Under the pieces are notes generated by a model. The model did no database searches and was not told the origin of the DNA. It saw nothing but the letters and a program-made list of their open reading frames with translations. Of a DNA stretch of 64,000 nucleotides, positions 51,156 through 64,000 are shown one piece after another. Made by a program: the position numbers and the translations under genes. Source of the DNA: Eledone cirrhosa (lineage: Eukaryota); the NCBI GenBank assembly GCA_964016885.1, contig OZ024744.1, positions 101,990,001-102,054,000 on the forward strand, written 5' to 3'. Within the stretch, counting starts at the first letter, position 1, and the number at the start of each line of letters is the position of its first letter.

Positions 51156-51331
51156 TATATGTATTAATATATAGATGTGTTAATAATATAATATATATGT
51201 TGCATGTAGTGGTGTATATAATATAATAGATATATATATATATATACATGTATATAGAGGTGTATATAATATGATATATATATGCATGTATATATAAAGG
51301 TGTATATAGAATAATATATATGTATATAATA

Positions 51332-51513
51332 TAATTGTTTCTACTTTTGGCACAAGGCCAGCAATTACCCAGCACATTACTGGTACTTTATTTTATCAAC
51401 CCCGTAAGGATGAAAGGCAGTTAACCTCGGCGGAATTTGAACTCAGATCATAAAGGGATGTAACTCTATGCCTCAAAGCATGGTGTCCGACTCTCTACCG
51501 ATACTGCCAATCC
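51332..51513 (-). mobile_element. SINE family A
   Basis: Family A match. Confidence 0.85.
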
Positions 51514-51611
51514 GTATATAATATAATGTATGTAAAAGTGTGTATATAATAGATATTTATGTATGTAGAGATGTATATATAATATAATATATATGCATGT
51601 ACAGGTGTATA

Positions 51612-51890
51612 TCTATATATATAAAATTGATGTTGTCTGTGTGTGTGTCCTCATTTTTGCAAAGTCTATACAAATCCACATTTCTACTCCGATTGACTTC
51701 AAACTTGCATTTATATATTCCTTGCGGTCTAAAGATACTAACTGGTGCTTTTATTTTTCAATTTTCTGTTGTTAAAGGGGTGTTAGGTGCCAGTTATCGA
51801 TCTCCAACGAGCCTTATAATATCTGTCTGTATACCTGGCTGTCTGGCTGTCTGCATAACGACATTCTGACGAACACGTCATTGCTGACGT
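51612..51890 (+). mobile_element. Helitron-like 5' fragment
   Basis: tctatatatataaaa start; ccgatt..ttcaaactt and ccttataatatctgtctgta shared with 41203-41475. Confidence 0.6.
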
Positions 51891-52012
51891 ATTATCTTCA
51901 CTACATTCACACACACACACATAAACATATATACTTATATATACATATATATTTATACACATATATATACACATATATACACATATTCATATATATATAT
52001 ATATATATATAT

Positions 52013-52617
52013 GGTGGCTGCCAACTCGTTTTCGAGTACGGCCACTACTTTATATCCATGTAGGAGAACCCCTACCAATGCGCTGAATCAGTGTGACTTT
52101 TTAGTCCAGCCAGCGACTTGAAAACTCTGGCACAAACACTACACTTGTGACAATTATTGACACATAGTGTACATGGTACCATGTGATGACAAGTGCAGAG
52201 AGATCTCCAGATATAAAGCAATGCCTGTGCCGTGAAGCTTTTATAGTGAGCAAAGGCACTGCACAAAGCCAGTCCCACTCTCTTAACCAAGATGATATTT
52301 ACCAAAAAAGAAGAACAAGTCAACATCATTGGATACCATCAGGGTTGCAGTGTTATATCAGAGATTTCCTTCTCCTAGAATTCTGCCTTGACAAAGGCTA
52401 AGGGGTCATCTCTCCCAGTGATTTTGGATGGCTATTGACTCTTAAGAGCTCCTCTGCCCTTTGGCAGGTTTGTTTTTATGCCAGGTCACCACTTGGTGCT
52501 ACTGGTAACATGTATCCCAGTACAACCTGTCTCATGGTCGGGTCGTTGGCGACTAAACTGGCAACCCCACCAAGGTTTCTTGGTGAGGAGGGTGACTTTG
52601 GACATCCTGCAGGACTA
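52013..52617 (-). mobile_element. Family C copy with inverted 5' segment
   Basis: Body on minus strand 52013-52477; first ~136 nt on plus strand 52482-52617. Confidence 0.8.
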
Positions 52618-52895
52618 AGATATATATATATATACAAGCATATACACATATATAGATATACACATATACACATAAATATACACATAAAAATATATGTATA
52701 TACACACACACACACACACATATATATATGATATATATATATATATATATATATGAATGAAAAAATGGCATGCTGCGTTGTTGCGAGTGTGATACATATG
52801 AATGAAAATAGACCGAGAAACGGGACTGTCCACCATCAGTGGTCTGCTGATTTCATTGATATTTCTTCGCATTAAAGACCAGATACCTCAAAATC

Positions 52896-52964
52896 ATATA
52901 TTTTGTCTGATGAAAACGTACCTAAAAACCATTGTACCTTTGAAATATGTATAATAAAATATAT
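52896..52964 (+). ncRNA. Type I hammerhead ribozyme (family of 2335-2406)
   Basis: atatattttgt-CTGATGA-gtac/gtac-GAAA-tatgta-TA-ataaaatatat. Confidence 0.65.
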
Positions 52965-53006
52965 ATTTTGATTATGAGAATATTTTTCATTTATTAACAT
53001 TTTGAA

Positions 53007-53037
<31 letters not shown>

Positions 53038-53481
53038 GGGGAGTGGGGAGACCCAAGATGACCTGGGATGAGGTGATAAAAGCCGACGTTACCCAATTAC
53101 ACCTCTCAAAGGCGATGACACACGACCGTGACCTCTGGCATCACGCAGTAATACAGAGTACCCGACCTCCCGTGGGTACAATCTGAAGCATATAGACAAT
53201 ATGCCCCCACTCCCCCCACCGCAAGGTGGTCGTGGAGGTGCCACAGCAAAAAAGCACCCAGCCCACACTGTAAAGTGGACGTGTAGGCGCCACAAAAATG
53301 CACCCAGCACTCACTGTAAATGAGGTTGGTGTTAGGTAGGGCATCCAGCTGTAGAAATCAAGCCAAATCAGTTCCTGCATGAGCAAGGCATGGTCAGCCG
53401 ACCAGACACTGCCCACAACAGGACAACCCGTCTAACCCATGCTAGTGTGGAAGAACGGACGTAAAACGGTGATGATGATGA
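53038..53481 (+). mobile_element. RTE 3' fragment
   Basis: ORF end, 3' UTR and GAT tail. Confidence 0.85.
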
Positions 53482-53494
53482 TATATATATATAT

Positions 53495-53826
53495 GTAGGA
53501 GGTGAGTTTTATTGTAGTACAATAAAGCAATCCAGATATCGGATAAGTAGCACTCTACAGTTTGTAGGACTGGAGTATAAATAATATATAAGATCAAAAG
53601 ATGGTTAAAAGAGTTCCATGTATTTTATTATGCGCATTTCAAAAACAAATATCATCACGAGATGACATTTGCGTTTTCGTCAGATAAAATAGGGAAACAT
53701 GATATGAAGGTTAAAAAACACTTGTGAATAGTGAAGTTTTAAAACGCAAATGTCATCTCATGATGATATTTGTTTTTGAAATGCACATAATAAAATACAT
53801 GGAACTCTTTTAACCATCTTTTGATC

Positions 53827-53833
<7 letters not shown>
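53495..53833 (-). mobile_element. Asymmetric hammerhead palindrome element (family of 27894)
   Basis: Minus copy 53495-53743 with tail; shorter plus copy 53741-53833; TA on both sides. Confidence 0.8.
53621..53691 (-). ncRNA. Type I hammerhead ribozyme
   Basis: tattttat-CTGACGA-caaatgtcatc/gatgatatttg-GAAA-TGCGCA-TA-ataaaata. Confidence 0.8.
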
Positions 53834-53861
<28 letters not shown>

Positions 53862-53867
<6 letters not shown>

Positions 53868-54208
53868 CACCACCACCACCCCCACCCCATCCACACCACC
53901 CCGTTCTATGTAAAGTTATGTTGGTGCCACACCATCCAGGCCGAAACAAATGAGATCGTGTAGGTGTCACGACAAAAAAACACACAGTCCACGCTGTAAT
54001 GTGGCCGTGTAGGCAACACGGTAAAAACCTCCCAGACCCACACTGTAAATGTGGTTGGTGTTAGGAAGGGCATCCAACTGTAGAAAACCTGCCAGACAGT
54101 CCTATGCGAGCAAGACAACCACTCTTGCCTCAAGTGGGACTACCCCCGTCCAAACCCATGCAAGCGTGGAACACGGACGTTAAACGTTGATGATGATGAT
54201 GATGATGA
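53862..54208 (+). mobile_element. Young RTE 3' UTR fragment
   Basis: Near identical to 29963-30310. Confidence 0.9.
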
Positions 54209-54339
54209 TATATATGGCAGACCAAATAAAATATGGTGTAGTGAAAATCTACAGATAACAAATGACCATCTGCTGCTGGGTGGGGCTCAAGTAGGAGTTG
54301 AGGGGTGAAAGGCCTGTATGGAGCATAGGTGTCAGGGTG

Positions 54340-54770
54340 CTGTGTCATGTGTGTGTGGGTGGTGGTGTATGCGTCTATTTGTATGGGTATGGTTGTGTGT
54401 GTATGGGTAGTGGTGTATGTGTGTGTGTTTGTATGGATATGGTTGTGTGTGTGTATGGGTAGTGGCGTATGTATGTGGTGGTGGTGGGGGCAAGAGTGTG
54501 TGTATGGGGGGGGGCAAGAGTGTGTGTATGTGTGGGGGGCAATGGTGTGTGTGTATGTGTGGGGGCAATGGTGTGTGTGTATGTATGTGTGTGGGCAATA
54601 GTGTGTGTGGGGAGCAATGGTGTGTGTGTATGTATGTGTGTGGGAAAGGACGTGTGTGTGTGTGTGTGGGCAATGGTGTGTGTGTGTAGGAAATGGCGTG
54701 TGTTTGTATGTGTGTGTGGGAAATAGTGTGTGTATGTGTGTGGGAAATGGTGTGTGTGTATGTGTGTAGC
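54340..54770. repeat. GT-rich compound repeat
   Basis: gggcaatggtgtgtgtgtatgtgt-like units. Confidence 0.85.
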
Positions 54771-55007
54771 CCATCTAAATATGTGTATATGTATGTATAT
54801 GTGTCTAGTTTCAGTTTGTACGAATGTGTATTTATCCCATCAGAATGTGTGTTTATATGTATATCTGATGTGTGTGTCTGTGTATACCTAGTATGTGTGT
54901 GTGAGAGGTTGTGTATGACAATAAACAATACCAGAGTGTCAGATTCATTGGTGCTAAACCGACAGATGTGAATTAGCTTTTAGATTTAAAAGAGCTCTTT
55001 TTTTTTT

Positions 55008-55368
55008 TATGTCCGCTTTTCCCTGCTTGCAAGGGTGGGACGGGAACTGATTCTGGCTTGATTTCTACAGCTGGATGCCCTTCTTAACACCAACCTCATT
55101 TACAGTGAGTGCTGGGTGCTTTTTTTCCGTGACGCCTACATGTCCACTTTACAGTGTGGGCTGGGTGCTTTTTTGCCGTGGCACCTCCACGACCACTTTG
55201 CAGGGGAATGATAGGGACCCCAGTCCCTATCATCTCATTTCTACAGCTGAGTAAACTGGGACAATGTGAAATAAAGTGTCTTGCTCAAGGACACAACACA
55301 TCACCCGGTCTGAGAATTGAACTCTCAACCTTTCGATTGCAAGGCCAATGCTCTAACCACTAAGCCAT
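55008..55368 (-). mobile_element. SINE family B
   Basis: Reverse complement of family B with two 48-bp subrepeats. Confidence 0.88.
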
Positions 55369-55369
55369 C

Positions 55370-55940
55370 AAACGAAAACTCAAAATTAAGATAATAGAAA
55401 AATGAGGAAATCCTATAAAAGCCCTGATAAACAGAACTTATTCTTTTAAGAAAACCTCCTGCACTGATAGAAATTGTATAGTCTGTAAGGGATAAGCCGA
55501 CAGCTAAACATAAAATTAAAAATGTAGTTTATAGCATAAGATACAGAGAGGAACGATATAGAAACATGACCATGACATACATAGGAGAAACAACTCGCAG
55601 TTAGGAGAAACAGTATAGGAAAAAGAACGAGGGAGCAATGGAGGGATCTCAAAGTCATGACACGCCTACTTGTGCTCTACCAACATGCCAAACTAGAACA
55701 TGTTGGCTCACTAGAAAACATTGAGATGTAAATCATATCTACACCCCAAACAGATACAATGTTCAGATAGATTAAGGAAGTCACACATATAACAGAAAGT
55801 AAACCTAACCCCAATAGAAAGCATAAATGGAATAGCAACAGCCCCAGAACTCAATGACGGAGGACACAGGTATAAATATAAATGGACCCACCCTCAGCAG
55901 AGTACAGTAACAAAATAATATCTATCTGATGATGGGTAAG
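55370..55940 (+). pseudogene. Decayed Penelope-like GIY-YIG endonuclease end (Naiad-like layout) followed by a truncated hammerhead half
   Basis: Pieced across frames: C..RNCIVC, NVVYSI..YIGETTRS, LYQHAKLEH, IKEV.HI..KP.PNRK..W; CTGATGA at 55926. Confidence 0.6.
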
Positions 55941-56049
55941 AGAGAGAATAAACACACACACACACTCACACTTGCAGCAACAAGACATAAAGACACACAT
56001 GTATGCAAATGTAAAATTCGGAAGCTTGTAAAAGTTCAATTATACAAAG

Positions 56050-59000
56050 TCATACACAGACACAACACACACAGACACAAAACACACAGACACAAAACAC
56101 AGGCAGAAAAGACAGACACAAAACACACAGACACACAACATACAGACACACAACACACAGACACAAAACACACAGACACAGACATAAACACAGACACAAA
56201 ACACAGACAAAAACACACTGACACAAAACATACAGAGACAAAACACAGAGAACACACACAGACGCAAAACACACAAACAAAAAACACACATAAAACACAC
56301 AAACACAAAACACACAGGCACAAAACACAGAGAACACACACAGACACAAAACACACAGTGAAAGAACACAGACACAAAACACAGTGAAAAAACACAGACA
56401 CAAACAGACAGACACAGACACAAACACACAGACACAAAACATACAGACACAAAACACACAGAGACAAACACACACACACAGACATAAACACACAGACACA
56501 AAACACTCACACAGACACAAACACGCAGACAAACACGCAGACACAAAACACACAGACACAAAACACACACACAAAACACAGACACAAAACACACAGACAC
56601 ACAACACACAGACACAAAACACACAGACTCAAAATACACAGACACAAAACACACAGACACTAAACACACAGACATAAACACTCAGACACAAACATACAGA
56701 CACAAACACACTGACACAATCATACAGGCACAAAACACACAAACACAAAAGACACAGGCACAAACACAGACACAAAACACACAAACACAAACACACAGAC
56801 ACAAACACACAGACACAAAACACAGACACAAACACACAGACACAAAACTAACAGACACAAACACAGACACAGACACAAACACACAGACACAAACACACTG
56901 ACACAATGATACAGAGACAAAACACAAAACACACAGACACAAGCACACAGACACAAACACACAGACACAAAACACAGACACAAACACACAAACACAGACA
57001 TAAACAAACAGACACAAAATACACAGACACAAACACACAGACACAAAACACACGGACACAAAACACACAGAACAGACACAAACACACAGACACAAAACAT
57101 ACAGACACATACACACAGACACAAACACACACACAAAACACACACACACACAAACATATGGACACAAACACACAGACACAAAACACACAGAGACAAAACA
57201 CACAGACACAAAACACAGATAGAAAACACACAGAGACAAACACACACACACAGACATAAACACACAGACACAAACACACTCACACAGACACAAACACACA
57301 GACACAAAACACACAGACACAAACACACAGACACAAAACACACAGACACGAACATACAGACACAAAAAAAAGACAAAAACATACAGACACAAACACAGAC
57401 ATAAACACACAGACACAAAACACGGAGACACAAAACACACACACACAGACATAAACACACGGGCACAAAACACTGACTCAAAACACAGGCACAAAACACA
57501 CAGACACAAAACACACAGACACGAACACACGGACACAAACATACAGACACAAAATACACAGACACAAACACACAGACAGAAAATACAAAGAGACAAACAC
57601 AAACACACAGACACAAAACACACAGATACAAACACACAGACATAAACACACGGACACAAAACACTGACACAAAACACAGGCACAAAACACACAGACACGA
57701 ACACAAACACACAGACACAAAACACACAGACACAAGACACAAACACACAGACACAGACACAAGGCACACAGACACAAAACACACAAACACAGAACACATA
57801 GGCACAAAACACAGACACAACACACACAAACACAGACATAAACATACAGAAACAAACACAGACACAAAACACATAGGCACAAAACACAGACACAACACAC
57901 ACAGACACAAAACACACAGATACAAAACACAGACAGAAACACACAGACACAAACAAACATACACAAAATACACAGACACAAACACACAGACATAAACACA
58001 CACACACAAAACACACACACACAAAACACGCAGACACAAACACACAGACACAAAACACACAGAGACAAACACACACACACAGACATAAACACACAGACAC
58101 AAAACACAGACACAGACACAGACACAAACACACAGACACAAAAGATATGGACACGAACACACAGACACAAACACACAGACACAAAACACAGACACAAAAC
58201 ACAAAGAGACAAAACACACGGACACAAAACACAGACACAAAACACAGAGACAAACACACACACACACAGACATAAACACACAGACACAAACACACTCACA
58301 CAGACACAAACACACAGACACAAAACACAAAGAGACAAAACACACGGACACAAAACACAGACACAAAACACACACACACAGACATAAACACACGGACACA
58401 AAACACTGACACAAAACACAGACACAAAACACACAGACACGAACACAAACACACAGACACAAAACACACAGAGACAAACACACAGACACAAACACACAGA
58501 CACAAAAAAACACAGACACAAGACACAAACACACAGACACAAAAAAACACAGACACAAGACACAAACACACAGACACAAAACACACAGAGACAAACACAC
58601 ACACACAGACATAAAGACACAGACACAAACACACTCACACAGGCACAAACACACAGACACAAAAAACACAGACACAAAACACACAGACACAAAACACAGA
58701 CACAAAACACACAGACAAAACAGATACAAACAAACAGACACGAACATACAGACACAAAACACAGACACAAACACACAGACAAAAAACATACAGACACAAA
58801 CACAGACATAAACACACAGACACAAAACAAGCAGACACAAAACACACACAGACATAAACACACGGACACAAAACACTGACACAAAACACAGGCACAAAAC
58901 ACACAGACACACAACACACAGACACAAAACACACAGATACAAAACACAGACAGAAACACACAGACACAAACAAACATACACAAAATACACAGACACAAAA

Positions 59001-62000
59001 CACACACACACAAACACACACACAAAACACACACACACAAAACACACAGACACAAAACACACAGACACAAACACACAGACACAAAACACACAGACACGAA
59101 CATACAGACACAAAACACAGACAAAAACATACAGACACAAACACAGACATAAACACACAGACACAAAACACGCAGACACAAAACACACAGACACAAACAC
59201 ACACACACAGACATAAACACACGGGCACAAAACACTGACTCAAAACACAGGCACAAAACACACAGACACGAACACACGGACACAAACATACAGACACAAA
59301 ATACACAGACACAAACACACAGACACAAACACACAGACAGAAAATACAAAGAGACAAACACACACACACAGACACAAACACACAGACACAAAACACACAG
59401 ACACAAAACATACACACACAGACATAAACACACGGACACAAAACACTGACACAAAACACAGGCACAAAACACACAGACACGAACACAAACACACAGACAC
59501 AAAACACACAGAGACAAACACACAGACACAAAACACACAGACACAAGGCACAAACACACAGACACAAACACACAGACACAGACACAAAACACACAGACAC
59601 AAAACACATAGGCACAAAACACAGACACAACACACACAAACACAGACATAAACATACAGAAACAAACACGCAGACACAAAACACATAGGCACAAAACAAT
59701 GACACAACACACACAGACACAAAACACACAGATACAAAACACAGACACAAACAAACATACACAAAACACACAAACACAAACACACAGACATAAACACACA
59801 CACACAAAACACACACACACAAAACACGCAGACACAAACACACAGAAACAAAACACAGACACAAAACACACAGACACAGACATAAACACACAGACATAAA
59901 ACACACAAACACAAAACACAGACACAGACACAAACACACAGACACAAAACACACAGAGACAAACACACACACAAACACACACACACAGACATAAACACAC
60001 GGACACAAAACACTGACACAAAACACAGGCACAAAACACAGACACGAACACAAACACAGACACAAAACACACAGAAACAAACACACAGACACAAAAAAAC
60101 ACAGACACAAGACACAAACACACAGAGACAAACACACACACACAGACATAAACACACAGACACAAACACACTCACACAGGCACAAACACACAGACACAAA
60201 ACACACAGACACAAAACACAGACACAAAACACACAGGCACAAACACACAGACACAAAACACACAGACACAAAACACAGACAAAAACACACAGACAAAAAA
60301 CATACAGACACAAACACAGACATAAACACACGGACACAAAACACAGGCACAAAACACACAGACACACAACACACAGACACAAAACACACAGATACAAAAC
60401 ACAGACAGAAACACACAGACACAAACAAACATACACAAAATACACAGACACAAAACACACACACACAAACACACACACAAAACACACACACACAAAACAC
60501 ACAGACACAAACACACAGACACAAAACACACAGACACGAACATACAGACACAAAACACAGACAAAAACATACAGACACAAACACAGACATAAACACACAG
60601 ACACAAAACACGCAGACACAAAACACACAGACACAAACACACACACACAGACATAAACACACGGGCACAAAACACTGACTCAAAACACAGGCACAAAACA
60701 CACAGACACGAACACACGGACACAAACATACAGACACAAAATACACAGACACAAACACACAGACACAAACACACAGACAAAAAATACAAAGAGACAAACA
60801 CACACACACAGACACAAACACACAGACACAAAACACACAGACACGAACACAAACACACAGACACAAAACACAAAGAGACAAACACACAGACACAAACACA
60901 CAGACACAAAAAAACACAGACACAAGACACAAACACACAGACACAAAACACACAGAGACAAACACACACACACAGACATAAAGACACAGACACAAACACA
61001 CTCAAACAGGCACAAACACACAGACACAAAAAACACAGACACAAAACACACAGACACAAAACACAGACACAAAACACACAGACAAAACAGATACAAACAA
61101 ACAGACACGAACATACAGACACAAAACACAGACACAAACACACAGACAAAAAACATACAGACACAAACACAGACATAAACACACAGACACAAAACAAGCA
61201 GACACAAAACACACAGACACAAACACACACACAGACATAAACACACGGACACAAAACACTGACACAAAACACAGGCACAAAACACACAGACACACAACAC
61301 ACAGACACAAAACACACAGATACAAAACACAGACAGAAACACACAGACACAAACAAACATACACAAAATACACAGACACAAAACACACACACACAAACAC
61401 ACACACAAAACACACACACACAAAACACACAGACACAAAACACACAGACACAAACACACAGACACAAAACACACAGACACGAACATACAGACACAAAACA
61501 CAGACAAAAACATACAGACACAAACACAGACATAAACACACAGACACAAAACACGCAGACACAAAACACACACACAGACATAAACACACGGGCACAAAAC
61601 ACTGACTCAAAACACAGGCACAAAACACACAGACACGAACACACGGACACAAACATACAGACACAAAATACACAGACACAAACACACAGACACAAACACA
61701 CAGACAAAAAATACAAAGAGACAAACACACACACACAGACACAAACACACAGACACAAAACACACAGACACGAACACAAACACACAGACACAAAACACAA
61801 AGAGACAAACACACAGACACAAACACACAGACACAAAACACACAGAGACAAACACACACAGACAGACATAAAGACACAGACACAAACACACTCAAACAGG
61901 CACAAACACACAGACACAAAAAACACAGACACAAAACACACAGACACAAAACACAGACACAAAACACACAGACAAAACAGATACAAACAAACAGACACGA

Positions 62001-64000
62001 ACATACAGACACAAAACACAGACACAAACACACAGACAAAAAACATACAGACACAAACACAGACATAAACACACAGACACAAAACAAGCAGACACAAAAC
62101 ACACAGACACAGACATAAACATACAGAAACAAACACGCAGACACAAAACACATAGGCACAAAACAATGACACAACACACACAGATACAAAACAGACACAA
62201 ACAAACATACACAAAATACACAGACACAAAACACACAAACACACAGACATAAACACACACACACAAAACACACACACACAAAACACGCAGACACAAACAC
62301 ACAGAAACAAAACACAGACACAAAACACACAGACACAGACATAAACACACAGACATAAAACACACAAACACAAAACACAGACACAGACACAAACACACAG
62401 ACACAAAACACAGAGACAAACACACACACAAACACACACACACAGACATAAACACACGGACACAAAACACTGACACAAAACACAGGCACAAAACACAGAC
62501 ACGAACACAAACACAGACACAAAACACACAGAAACAAACACACAGACACAAAAAAACACAGACACAAGACACAAACACACAGACACAAAACACACAGAGA
62601 CAAACACACACACACAGACATAAACACACAGACACAAACACACTCACACAGGCACAAACACACAGACACAAAACACACAGACACAAAACACAGACACAAA
62701 ACACACAGGCACAAACACACAGACACAAAACACACAGACACAAAACACAGACAAAAACACACAGACAAAAAACATACAGACACAAACACAGACATAAACA
62801 CACGGACACAAAACACAGGCACAAAACACACAGACACAAAACACACAGATACAAAACACAGACAGAAACACACAGACACAAACAAACATACACAAAATAC
62901 ACAGACACAAAACACACACACACAAACACACACACAAAACACACACACACAAAACACACAGACACAAACACACAGACACAAAACACACAGACACGAACAT
63001 ACAGACACAAAACACAGACAAAAACATACAGACACAAACACAGACATAAACACACAGACACAAAACACGCAGACACAAAACACACAGACACAAACACACA
63101 CACACAGACATAAACACACGGGCACAAAACACTGACTCAAAACACAGGCACAAAACACACAGACACGAACACACGGACACAAACATACAGACACAAAATA
63201 CACAGACACAAACACACGGACACAAACACACAGACAAAAAATACAAAGAGACAAACACACACACACAGACACAAACACACACACACAGACACAAACACAC
63301 AGACACAAAACACACAGACACAAACACACACACACAGACATAAACACACGGACACAAAACACTGACACAAAACACAGGCACAAAACACACAGACACGAAC
63401 ACAAACACACAGACACAAAACACACAGAGACAAACACACACAGACACAAAACACACAGACACAAGACACAAACACACAGACACAAACACACAGACAGACA
63501 CAAGACACACAGACACAAAACACACAGACACAAAACACATAGGCACAAAACACAGACACAACACACACAAACACAGACATAAACATACAGAAACAAACAC
63601 GCAGACACAAAACACACAGACACAAAACAATGACACAACACACACAGATACAAAACACAGACACAAACAAACATACACAAAATACACAGACACAAAACAC
63701 ACAAACACAAACACACAGACATAAACACACACACACAAAACACACACACACAAAACACGCAGACACAAACACACAGAAACAAAACACAGACACAAAACAC
63801 ACAGACACAAACACACACACACAGACATAAACACACAGACACAAAACACACAAACACAAAACACAGACACAGACACAAACACACAGACACAAAACACACA
63901 GAGACAAACACACACACAAACACACACACACAGACATAAACACACGGACACAAAACACTGACACAAAACACAGGCACAAAACACAGACACGAACACAAAC
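56050..64000. repeat. CA-rich complex satellite with higher-order duplications, running off the window end
   Basis: acacagacacaaa(a) variants; + strand nearly T-free; rare landmarks recur. Confidence 0.95.

Noticed and set aside
55850-55905. SECIS element after the Naiad-like GIY-YIG relic
   Set aside because: ATGA and AAA are present but the 3' GA of the core is missing and the helix is poor
56036-63998. Very long Cys/Val-rich ORFs up to 998 aa
   Set aside because: Open in several frames only because the satellite's minus strand is nearly A-free

Overview
AT-rich, repeat-saturated animal genomic DNA, most likely a coleoid cephalopod such as Octopus (inferred from the tRNA-derived SINE families, RTE LINEs and the density of (TA)n, (TATG)n, (ATT)n and (GAT)n tracts). 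No host protein-coding gene can be supported; nearly all listed ORFs are microsatellite translations. Identifiable content: one near-full-length RTE LINE (APE + RT with an inserted C4HC3 PHD-like finger), one 5'-truncated RTE copy with an open frame, many RTE relics, R4/Dong-like and L1/Tx1-like fragments, two Penelope-like GIY-YIG relics, two SINE families, bipartite RTE-derived non-autonomous elements, Helitron-like, hAT and piggyBac-like MITEs, minisatellites and an ~8 kb CA-rich satellite with higher-order duplications. The most notable signal is a set of about ten sequence-divergent short elements embedded in (TA)n. They form asymmetric fold-back palindromes, many carry type I hammerhead ribozyme folds, and they share a covarying RCTC-hairpin-GAGY 3' tail motif that begins 0-10 nt beyond the end of the shorter palindrome arm. 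All structures were read by eye; no folding or database search was run.
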